45,172 bases of DNA from Bacteroidaceae bacterium (GTDB taxonomy: Bacteria; Bacteroidota; Bacteroidia; Bacteroidales; Bacteroidaceae). The notes beneath the pieces are model-generated. The model saw only the letters and a list, made by a program, of their open reading frames with translations, was not told the DNA's origin and searched no databases. Position numbers and translations under genes: made by a program. Below are positions 34,754-42,318 of this stretch, one piece after another. The stretch covers positions 1-45,172 of the forward strand of contig JBGUMY010000294.1 of NCBI GenBank assembly GCA_045117095.1. The letters are read 5' to 3'. Within the stretch, counting starts at the first letter, position 1; every line of letters starts with the position of its first letter.

Positions 34754-34813
34754 CGGCTTTTTCTGCCAAGTTGTAACAAAGTAAGTAAACTATTAAGTAA
34801 AATTAAGAAACGT

Positions 34814-35011
34814 ATGGTTAAGGAAAAAGTAGGAAGAGACGACTGGAAGCAGCTGAAAGTTGGCGAGACTGGCGTGTTCACATTGCCTGACGAAAGGGCG
34901 ATTGAGTGTGCGCGTGTTGCTGCTCAGGATGTGAAGAAGTACGACCATTATGAGTTTGAGCGTATCAAGGTGGCAGAGCCGCTGACAATCGCTTTTAAGC
35001 GCGTGAAGTAA
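34814..35011 (+). CDS. Small early protein (Cro/antirepressor position)
   Basis: First ATG after the switch region. 65 aa. Confidence 0.45.
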   Translation: MVKEKVGRDDWKQLKVGETGVFTLPDERAIECARVAAQDVKKYDHYEFERIKVAEPLTIAFKRVK

Positions 35012-35280
35012 TGGACAGACTGCTGAGATCGGAGATTGTGGCAGAGGTCAGGAAGTCGATGACTGAGATTCTGGAAGTGGCCAATGAGCGTTGGCTGACT
35101 GGCGACGAGCTGTGCGAGCAGTTCCAGATGTTCTCGAAAGGTTGGTTGAAGGCTTATGGCGACCGCCTGCCACGTCAACGTGCGGAAGTGATGGACGATG
35201 GTATAAAGGTTAGTCGCTGGGCATATCCACAACACCGCATCGCCAGGATGATACAAGAAGGAACCATCAAGGAACTCTAA
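35011..35280 (+). CDS. Excisionase/HTH-like small DNA-binding protein
   Basis: WLTGDELCEQFQMFSKGWLKAYGDRLP fits the excisionase-type HTH pattern. Its start overlaps the upstream stop. Confidence 0.4.
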   Translation: MDRLLRSEIVAEVRKSMTEILEVANERWLTGDELCEQFQMFSKGWLKAYGDRLPRQRAEVMDDGIKVSRWAYPQHRIARMIQEGTIKEL

Positions 35281-35556
35281 ATAGGTCAACAGAAGTAATG
35301 TGTGAAACATAGGCTTTTTTAATCACAGATTAACCAAACCCCAGCCCGCCGTGATGGTTCGCTGGTTTTCAGAAGACCCAATATTACAGTTAATTCATAT
35401 ATCAAGTTTTTAAGTTAGACACAAATTTGACTATTTGGCACCGAGCGCGGTGACCTCCCATTCGGATTAATAATGAAGTTTTACTATTATTCCCTGCCAT
35501 CCGTGAGGCCCGCAGGTTTTTATGAAGGAACTACAATAATCATCAGGATAAGATTT

Positions 35557-35633
35557 GGAAGGTAAAGACCCGTAAAAGGTGCAACGGGCAAGTAACAGTA
35601 GGATGAGCGTGGGTTCGATTCCCTCACCTTCCA
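35557..35633 (+). ncRNA. tRNA-like module 1 (acceptor stem plus T arm, non-canonical body)
   Basis: GGAAGGT pairs perfectly with ACCTTCC. T arm is GTGGG-TTCGATT-CCCTC (one mismatch), discriminator A. The interior offers only the CCCGT-N10-ACGGG hairpin, with no D arm or anticodon arm. Confidence 0.55.
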
Positions 35634-36074
35634 CAAACGCCGAGGGACGTATAGAGATAATCCCGGTAAGTAGGCAAAATCATTTGTTGAGATCACTGAG
35701 GAGGTACAGCAGCCAGGGCGCAAGCCTGTACGTGTATCGAATCGAAACGGCATCGAAAGAGACCGACAAGCTGAAGGAGTGGAAAGAGACGGTACTCAAT
35801 CCGTAAGTACAGCCGGAGGCGACAAGGTAAGTTCCGAACCCCGCAGCGGCCACGAGTTGGCCCCGAAATGCAAAGAATAAGGCGGGAAGGTAGTAGTGTA
35901 AGGCCGAGGGAATGGTGGGAGAGAATGAAAGCCGAATGAGCCGCAGGAATGCGGATATTAAACAGAACGAAACAGATGGAGCGAGGTTCGCTATATGTCA
36001 TCAGCGAATAACCAAGTATCTTAGGCAGGGTTTGGCACCTGCATGAGCCTCGAACTTGATAAATATATATGGTA
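35634..36074 (+). ncRNA. Candidate structured RNA core between the two tRNA-like modules (class unknown)
   Basis: No credible ORF. There are multiple GC helices with GNRA-type caps: 35704-35731 (GCAA), 35941-35954 (GGAA), 35980-35992, 35848-35862 and 36025-36042. Confidence 0.45.
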
Positions 36075-36144
36075 TGCCGTGAAGCTAAGTTGGTAAAGCG
36101 TCGCAATATTGCGGAGGTCGGTGGTTCGAGTCCACCCACGGAAA
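36075..36144 (+). ncRNA. tRNA-like module 2: full cloverleaf with a 4-nt loop in place of the anticodon loop
   Basis: Acceptor 6 of 7 bp, D arm GCTA-AGTTGGTA-AAGC, stem TCGCA/TGCGG closing ATAT, variable AGGTC, T arm GGTGG-TTCGAGT-CCACC, discriminator A. Confidence 0.6.
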
Positions 36145-36161
36145 CATTTCACTTTAATAAG

Positions 36162-36512
36162 ATGACACAAGATCAATTATATTTTTGGCTCCAATATGAC
36201 GGTATGGTTAGAGCAATCGATCTGCCGATGGAGTACAAAGTAAAAGACAGGCGCATCTGCTGTGTGAATAAGAATTGCACAAACGCGCTTAGAGATAAAT
36301 GCTTGTTTTGGCAGAGATTTCTGAATTATGGTAAAATAATAGGATCAGAAGCGATGCGATGGGCATTCACTAACACTAAAATCTATCAAAAAGGAATAGA
36401 GAGAGAAAAGTGGGATAAAAACTACGGCAAACCAAACTATTTCTCAGCTGCATTCTTTTTCATGCCTGAGCAAAAAGGTATAAAATGTGAATATTACAAA
36501 AGTCAAATCTAA
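36162..36512 (+). CDS. Hypothetical protein (AT-rich, Cys/Lys-rich)
   Basis: Start moved to ATG 36162, because the listed 36069 start runs through the tRNA-like module. Confidence 0.5.
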   Translation: MTQDQLYFWLQYDGMVRAIDLPMEYKVKDRRICCVNKNCTNALRDKCLFWQRFLNYGKIIGSEAMRWAFTNTKIYQKGIEREKWDKNYGKPNYFSAAFFFMPEQKGIKCEYYKSQI

Positions 36513-36525
36513 AAACAAAAGAATC

Positions 36526-36663
36526 ATGAAACAGTATTTGAATGATGACGAGTGTGCGAAGTACATCCTGCGTCAGATTGGTTTCGGTGCCATCATGGGC
36601 ATTGCATTTTTGGCAACAGTGTTTATCGGTGGGCTGCTGGCTCACTTGGTGAGTGGGCTCTAA
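36526..36663 (+). CDS. Small membrane protein (45 aa, below the ORF-track cutoff)
   Basis: Hand translation gives MKQYLNDDECAKYILRQIGFGAIMGIAFLATVFIGGLLAHLVSGL. Confidence 0.4.
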   Translation: MKQYLNDDECAKYILRQIGFGAIMGIAFLATVFIGGLLAHLVSGL

Positions 36664-36730
36664 CCCTTTATAGTAAAAAGGGTAGTGACCTTTATAGTAA
36701 AAAGGGTATCACCCTTTATAGTATAAACGT
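36663..36730 (+). repeat. Three 24-nt-spaced hairpin/iteron units, second locus
   Basis: Units at 36663-36683, 36688-36707 and 36711-36730. Same sequence family as 6737-6806, with the third unit again the TTTATAGTATAAAC variant. Confidence 0.8.
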
Positions 36731-36747
36731 ATTTAATCAGTATATCA

Positions 36748-37191
36748 ATGGAATTTCAAGGAAGAATCGCAAAGCTGCTGCCCATCCGACAGGGTGTGAG
36801 CCAGCGCACGGGCAACGAATGGAAGTCGCTGCCTTTTATTTTTGAGTATTTCGAGCATGACAGTGACCGCTACGCCGACAGCGTGATGTTAGAGACATTC
36901 GACACCAAGGTGATCGACAACCTGAAAGAAGGGATGGAGGTACGATGCGGATTCGGACACAAGACGCGAGAGTTCACGAAACAGGACGGCACGACAGCCG
37001 TCATTAATGACTTGCGCCTCTACAAGATCGAAAGCGTCCGCAAGGTACAAAATCAGACCGCACAGCAGGCGAACGTTCAGGCGGTGGCACAACAGCAAGC
37101 CCCTCACGCAGCCCCATTTCCGCCACAGGTAGATCAGTACGGCAACCCAGTTCAACCCATTAACCCAGATGACGATGGCCTGCCATTCTGA
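36748..37191 (+). CDS. SSB-like protein (DUF3127-type OB fold with acidic DDDGLPF tip)
   Basis: MEFQGRIAKLLPIRQGVSQRTGNEWKSLPFIFEY matches the Bacteroidota DUF3127 pattern. A Gln/Pro linker and a C-terminal DDDGLPF resemble the SSB tail. Confidence 0.6.
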   Translation: MEFQGRIAKLLPIRQGVSQRTGNEWKSLPFIFEYFEHDSDRYADSVMLETFDTKVIDNLKEGMEVRCGFGHKTREFTKQDGTTAVINDLRLYKIESVRKVQNQTAQQANVQAVAQQQAPHAAPFPPQVDQYGNPVQPINPDDDGLPF

Positions 37192-37248
37192 TGATTATTT
37201 CTGCGAGTGGTGGCCGATAGAGGTCGCCACTCTCAATTCTGTGAGCGT

Positions 37249-38112
37249 ATGATCTACGAAGAGATAGTGAAGGCTGTAGGCAATGCCGCTGCCATCTTCA
37301 AGCTCGTCTGCGGTGTCGGTAACAATGCCGCGTGGGTGGTGATGATGGAAGGATACGACCACGCACGCCGCTGCAAGGCATTCCGCAGGAGTCTGAAAGG
37401 CGGTCACTTGGTGGGCTGGTATTTCAAGCGAGCCATCAGCGACTTCAACGACTACGAGCGCAATCTGCTGACCACGAATACTAACCGTATGTTTCATGTG
37501 GCTGACATGAGCGACGACGTGCGCCGCAAGTATGGTAACATCAGTGATGCAGAATATTACGAGTTCTGGAAGGGAGTTGGTGGCGTGGCTTATGCCAAGA
37601 CCAAGCCGCTAATCACCTCGCTGGTGAATAAGTACCGCGTGAGCCTCGTACAGCACGGTGTGAAGGATGCGGAGCACGTCGCCTGGGTGATGACAGCACA
37701 GGCCGCGCTCGACCTCGCAGGAGCCATGTATGAGAGTGCGATGAAGGAATGCGAGAACGGGCTGGAGTTGCATCGCAAAGTGCTCGACGAGGTATTCAGT
37801 CAGTTCTCGCTGAAGACCATCTCGAAGGACTGGATGCGGGCACTGATGCTTCTCGCCCCTGAGACCGACCCCATTAAACTGTCTGAAGTCGAAGAGCGGA
37901 ACATCGACCTCGGCTTGCAACAACTGATGGAAGCATGGCTCGATCCCGAACTGCTCTACTCATCGGCATCAGGAGCCGTTGACGACTTCAATGAGATATT
38001 CGCCACGAAAGGCTTCGTGAAGAAGGTGCAGCGCGAGATAGCAGATGTAAAAGCCGAAACACTGAGAGAAATCGAAAAGGCATTTATGCTTGAGCAAAGC
38101 GAAAAACTATGA
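37249..38112 (+). CDS. Hypothetical replication/recombination-module protein
   Basis: First ATG in the ORF. Helical, with no motif I can name. Confidence 0.45.
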   Translation: MIYEEIVKAVGNAAAIFKLVCGVGNNAAWVVMMEGYDHARRCKAFRRSLKGGHLVGWYFKRAISDFNDYERNLLTTNTNRMFHVADMSDDVRRKYGNISDAEYYEFWKGVGGVAYAKTKPLITSLVNKYRVSLVQHGVKDAEHVAWVMTAQAALDLAGAMYESAMKECENGLELHRKVLDEVFSQFSLKTISKDWMRALMLLAPETDPIKLSEVEERNIDLGLQQLMEAWLDPELLYSSASGAVDDFNEIFATKGFVKKVQREIADVKAETLREIEKAFMLEQSEKL

Positions 38113-39341
38113 ACGAAGAAAATAAAATACCACTGCCTGGTGATCAGGACGCGAAACCGCAAGCCCCGGAATTCCTGAAAGCTGACGAATGGTTTGACAT
38201 CGACATCAGCGGTGACCTGCTGGACTTTGCCGAGCCATACAGACCGCCACGCTATACGATGGAGCGCGATGGTGTGCCGTTTGCCGACGTGGGCGAGTTG
38301 CATATCATCTCAGGCAAACCAGGCCACGGCAAGACAGGTCTGATGTCACAGCTGATGGCGACCTGCCTATGTGGTCAGCACGGCAACACGAGGCGACGCG
38401 ACGTGTATCATCTGGTGAGACAACCAGACGGGCTGCAAACGGAAGAGATGGTGGATGTGCGCGTGCTCTACATCGACACGGAGCAGGGCAAGGATGACAC
38501 GATAGCCATCAAGAACCGCGTCTGTTCGATGGCAGGCATCGACTACTCGAAGCCCACGCAGCAGTTCACCATCCTGAGACTCCGCGACACGGAACTGGCA
38601 CAAGACCGATGGCGAAAGATACTGAAGGCGATCCACACCGTGAGACCCACAGACATCTTCCTCGACGGTATGCTGGATATTGTGAAGGACTACAACGACC
38701 AGACCGAGTGTCAGCCGATTGTGCGCCGCTGCATGATGACCGCCACGGAGTATGATGCCTCGCTGTGGGCCGTGCTCCACGAAAACCCGTTGGTGGATAA
38801 GCTCGTTGGTGTGCTCGGTAGTATTACCCAGCGTAAGGTGAGCGAGATTTTCACCGTGCAGAAGGTGAAGCAATGCGACCTGAAACCCAACGAGAAACGC
38901 CCCGACCTGCCAGACATCTACTTCCGCGTGAAACAGGTGAAAGCCCGTGGCCGTGATGTCTCTGACTGGCTCTTTGAGTACGTCACCAATGCCGGAGGCT
39001 GGGGACAGCCCGTGGAGATCAACGACAACGGCACGAAGGTGGTGAACACACGAGAACTGGAGTTTATAAAAGAAGCCGATGAGCGATTCAGTAAACTGAC
39101 TTGGACTTCGGCAGGACTGAGCCGGACGGAAGTTGACAGTGGACTGACAAAGCAGGGCGTGACAAGCAACCGACGAAAAGCTGACCTGATAAACAAGGCG
39201 ATGGATGTCGGCATCATCTATAAGGATGGCACCAAGGAACGTCCGAAGTATCACTACAAAGGTCTTGATAAGCCACTACCGAATGACGAGACGCAAGACC
39301 TACCATTTGACAAACCAGATAACAACGAACCAGATTTTTAA
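38109..39341 (+). CDS. RecA-fold ATPase (AAA_25/DnaB-like helicase or loader)
   Basis: Walker A SGKPGHGKTG, Walker B-like DIFLDGMLD. Start has an ATGA overlap with the upstream gene. Confidence 0.65.
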   Translation: MNEENKIPLPGDQDAKPQAPEFLKADEWFDIDISGDLLDFAEPYRPPRYTMERDGVPFADVGELHIISGKPGHGKTGLMSQLMATCLCGQHGNTRRRDVYHLVRQPDGLQTEEMVDVRVLYIDTEQGKDDTIAIKNRVCSMAGIDYSKPTQQFTILRLRDTELAQDRWRKILKAIHTVRPTDIFLDGMLDIVKDYNDQTECQPIVRRCMMTATEYDASLWAVLHENPLVDKLVGVLGSITQRKVSEIFTVQKVKQCDLKPNEKRPDLPDIYFRVKQVKARGRDVSDWLFEYVTNAGGWGQPVEINDNGTKVVNTRELEFIKEADERFSKLTWTSAGLSRTEVDSGLTKQGVTSNRRKADLINKAMDVGIIYKDGTKERPKYHYKGLDKPLPNDETQDLPFDKPDNNEPDF

Positions 39342-39347
39342 GGAACT

Positions 39348-39728
39348 ATGACCAAGAAACAAGCACCGACATTCTCACAGCTGAGTTACATCGTTACGGG
39401 CATTCTCGCGGCACACGTTCAGCGAGGCGACGAATTGTCCCAAGCGGTGATAGAAAAGGCCGTGTTCGCCGCGAAAACGGCAGCAGAAGCCATCGAGGAT
39501 ATTGTCAACGAGTACACCGACGATGAAGACGGAAGTATCAAAGAAGACCCATTCAAGGACTATCCCTGGAGCGGCAAGGAAGAGCGATACACCGACCTCG
39601 CCAACCATCTGAGGGCGCAAGGTGTGACGAGCAATCGACGCATCAGTGAAATCTTCCATGATTCGCTCGAAAATGGCTATCTGATGAAGAACTCGCTGAC
39701 GGGTAAATATAAGCACGCTGAGCCGTGA
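39348..39728 (+). CDS. Hypothetical protein
   Basis: TTTTAAGGAACT leader before the ATG. Confidence 0.5.
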   Translation: MTKKQAPTFSQLSYIVTGILAAHVQRGDELSQAVIEKAVFAAKTAAEAIEDIVNEYTDDEDGSIKEDPFKDYPWSGKEERYTDLANHLRAQGVTSNRRISEIFHDSLENGYLMKNSLTGKYKHAEP

Positions 39729-39745
39729 TTCCCACCGCTAAGCCC

Positions 39746-39800
39746 GTTTCCCTATTCCCCACCCTTTACTTAACTAAGTAAAGGGATGGGAATGGGAAAC
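39746..39800. repeat. Long imperfect inverted repeat (about 25 bp arms, 2-nt centre)
   Basis: GTTTCCCTATTCCCCACCCTTTACTTA / TAAGTAAAGGGATGGGAATGGGAAAC. Confidence 0.8.
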
Positions 39801-39889
39801 CACGCACACGGGCGACGCGCGACGCGCACAGGCGCACGCACGTTTATGGTTTTACAGATAATCGACTTCAGATGACTGCCGAAAACATT

Positions 39890-39943
39890 CTTTGCAAACA
39901 TTTCGGCAAATCTTTATAAACATTTTGCGAAATGTTTGCAAAG
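39890..39943. repeat. Perfect 16-nt inverted repeat CTTTGCAAACATTTCG / CGAAATGTTTGCAAAG
   Basis: Arms at 39890-39905 and 39928-39943 with an AT-rich spacer. Confidence 0.85.
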
Positions 39944-39989
39944 ATTCGAAAATCGGCTACTGAGAATATGAACTCCAAACTAACCGACC

Positions 39990-41366
39990 ATGCCAAAGAT
40001 CAGCGACGACATCATCAGAACGGTACTTGAACAGGCGAAGATTGAGGACGTGGTTGGCGACTTCGTGACGCTCCGCAAGGCTGGCGTTAACATGACGGGC
40101 ATCTGTCCGTTTCACGACGATCAGCACGACGGCAACTTCATCGTTCGTCCTTCGACGATCTCAGAAGCGAACCACGGCAACACCTACCGTTGTTTCGTAT
40201 GCGACGCCAAAGGCGGTCCCGTGCAATTCCTGATGAACGCGGAGCATATGACATTCCCCGATGCCATCCGCTATCTTGGCAAAAAGTATTGTATCGATGT
40301 CGATAACATCCAGCTCAACTGGACACCACCGCCACCAAGACCGATACCGCCACCACTGCCACCGCTGGCGATGGAACGAAAATGGGTGAAGCAGCTGATG
40401 GGCGACTACAACTACAACCCATTCACATTGTGGTTCGGGCGACTGCCCTGGAATGATCAGCAGCGGCGACAGATGAAGCGCACGCTCTGGCAGTATTGCG
40501 TAGGCTGTTGGCATGATGGGCGCGTGGTGTTCTGGTATATTGATCATGAGGGAATACCACGATCCGCCAAGCTAATGAGTTACCATGCCGACGGGCACCG
40601 CGACAAGGATCGCAACCCCGGTTGGCTCTACAACCAGGAGGGCTACCGCGACATCTGCCGACCCGATGATCATACCATCCTGAAACCGCTGTTCGGCTCC
40701 CACCTGTTGAAAGCCTATCCCGATGCCAGCGTGAACGTGGTGGAGTCGGAAAAGACGGCACTCATCATGGCGAACTACTTCGGCAATCCCGAACAGCAGC
40801 TATGGTTGGCTTGTGGCGGTCTGAAGTTCCTGAAGATAGAGTCCATGCAACCGCTGATAGATCAGGGGCGCAAGGTTTGGCTATGGCCGGACAAAGATGG
40901 TGTGGAAGGCTGGCAGACGGTAGCCGACAAGCTGGGATCTGACAACGTACAGGTTTATACCAAATTCTTCGATTCCTGCTGGATTGAGGAAGATGGCCCG
41001 AAAGCCGACATCGCGGATATTGCGGTTCGGATGCTTTACCATCCAGATTGGGTGCCAAGGAAGGTGGAAGAGCAGGGCGCGACCGAACAAAGTGCTACGG
41101 CCTCCGACCAAAGTGGCGCGACCGAACAAAGTGCTACGGCCTCCGACCAAAGTGGCGCGACCCTGTCACCACCGCCCGATGGTGTAACAGATGAAGAATG
41201 GGCTGAACACCTGGCAATCCTGAAGCAGATCGGCGACTACGACATCATTCATCCGCAAGATGAACCACTGATTAACCCCGAGGAACTGCGCGACCCGCGA
41301 CTCCATCAGTGGCGAAAGACCTTAAGACAAAAATATAACTTCAATAAATCAAGAAACAATGAGTGA
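39990..41366 (+). CDS. DNA primase (CHC2 zinc finger plus Toprim-like core)
   Basis: CPFHDDQHDGNFIV...YRCFVCDAKGGPVQF is a zf-CHC2 motif. VNVVESEKTALIM ... LWPDKDG is Toprim-like. Confidence 0.75.
   Translation: MPKISDDIIRTVLEQAKIEDVVGDFVTLRKAGVNMTGICPFHDDQHDGNFIVRPSTISEANHGNTYRCFVCDAKGGPVQFLMNAEHMTFPDAIRYLGKKYCIDVDNIQLNWTPPPPRPIPPPLPPLAMERKWVKQLMGDYNYNPFTLWFGRLPWNDQQRRQMKRTLWQYCVGCWHDGRVVFWYIDHEGIPRSAKLMSYHADGHRDKDRNPGWLYNQEGYRDICRPDDHTILKPLFGSHLLKAYPDASVNVVESEKTALIMANYFGNPEQQLWLACGGLKFLKIESMQPLIDQGRKVWLWPDKDGVEGWQTVADKLGSDNVQVYTKFFDSCWIEEDGPKADIADIAVRMLYHPDWVPRKVEEQGATEQSATASDQSGATEQSATASDQSGATLSPPPDGVTDEEWAEHLAILKQIGDYDIIHPQDEPLINPEELRDPRLHQWRKTLRQKYNFNKSRNNE
41076..41162 (+). repeat. 39-nt tandem repeat (2.2 copies) inside the primase C-terminal linker
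   Basis: GGCGCGACCGAACAAAGTGCTACGGCCTCCGACCAAAGT is repeated perfectly, encoding GATEQSATASDQS twice. Confidence 0.9.
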
Positions 41367-42069
41367 AGAAAAGAAAGAAGGCTACGAGCTGCTTCAGACC
41401 AAGGTATCGACCAAGGCGGCTGAACGGCTGAACCGCATCGCACGAAACAGAGGAACTACAACCTACGGACTCATTCAGTTGGTGTGTCAGTTCCTGATCC
41501 GCACGGCATCGGGCGAGTACAACCTGAGCGACGAGATCAACCGTCTGCTCACGCTTTTCCATTTAGAGCCAGGTTGGAAGGATGCCTACAACTCATGCGA
41601 CCCGACAGCCGACACCGAGATAGCACAAGAGATTTTGATCCTTCAGCAGCCAGGGCGCAGAGGGTTCGGGGCCGTGATGGTCAATAAACCATTCATGGGT
41701 GCGTGGACGGAAACGGAGTGCGTGGATGACATCATCGAGCGCATCATCGAGGTGTGCGCCCCTGGTGTGCATAAGCGGCTCAAAAGGCTGTGCGAGATAC
41801 ACGAGTCGGAATCCATACTGGAGCTGTTGGTGTTGCTCACCGATGCCCAGGTGATCGTCGATCTCGACGAGGCAAACCGTCAGGAGATTCAGCAGGCCGA
41901 CAACATCATGAGCAACGGACGGGCGATGGTCTATGGAGCACGAACACGACGCAAAAAGCATTATGATCCTGATACCATGCCACAACAGATCGTCTTCGAA
42001 GACTTCGACCGCGACATGGGAACTGAGCAACTTGACGAGATGGAGGGCTTGCACCATGATACCAGATGA
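41359..42069 (+). CDS. Hypothetical protein
   Basis: 236-aa ORF overlapping the primase stop. Confidence 0.5.
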   Translation: MSEEKKEGYELLQTKVSTKAAERLNRIARNRGTTTYGLIQLVCQFLIRTASGEYNLSDEINRLLTLFHLEPGWKDAYNSCDPTADTEIAQEILILQQPGRRGFGAVMVNKPFMGAWTETECVDDIIERIIEVCAPGVHKRLKRLCEIHESESILELLVLLTDAQVIVDLDEANRQEIQQADNIMSNGRAMVYGARTRRKKHYDPDTMPQQIVFEDFDRDMGTEQLDEMEGLHHDTR

Positions 42070-42174
42070 CGATGAAAGCATGATCCGCACAGAGCCGAAG
42101 CCAACACCACCACCGCCCACACCTGGACTGGTGGAGAAGTTGGAGGCGCAAGGATTCAGACCTTTTACTGAGGA

Positions 42175-42318
42175 ATGGTAACAATCAAGAGAGACCGCAA
42201 GGCGAAGGACTGCTGGCTGATCACCACGACCGACAAGGAAGGCTATCACCGCCAGCTGCCCATCACCTTCGACGATATGCGCGAACTGGTAAGACTTTGG
42301 ATAGATGAAGTGATATGA
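42175..42318 (+). CDS. Small hypothetical protein (47 aa) coupled to the HNH gene by an ATGA overlap
   Basis: Hand translation gives MVTIKRDRKAKDCWLITTTDKEGYHRQLPITFDDMRELVRLWIDEVI. Confidence 0.35.
   Translation: MVTIKRDRKAKDCWLITTTDKEGYHRQLPITFDDMRELVRLWIDEVI

Noticed and set aside
35693-36139. 148-aa minus-strand ORF, plus the 77-aa minus (35520..35753) and 75-aa plus (35579..35806) ORFs inside the non-coding gap
   Set aside because: These frames start or end inside the tRNA-like modules, are Arg/Leu/Cys/Ser-rich with no start context, and run opposite to or across obvious RNA hairpins. They are treated as chance frames in a structured RNA region.
36069-36161. N-terminal extension of the 36069..36512 ORF
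   Set aside because: The extension is simply the tRNA-like module read as protein (…AEVGGSSPPTE). The ATG at 36162 follows it with a sensible spacing.
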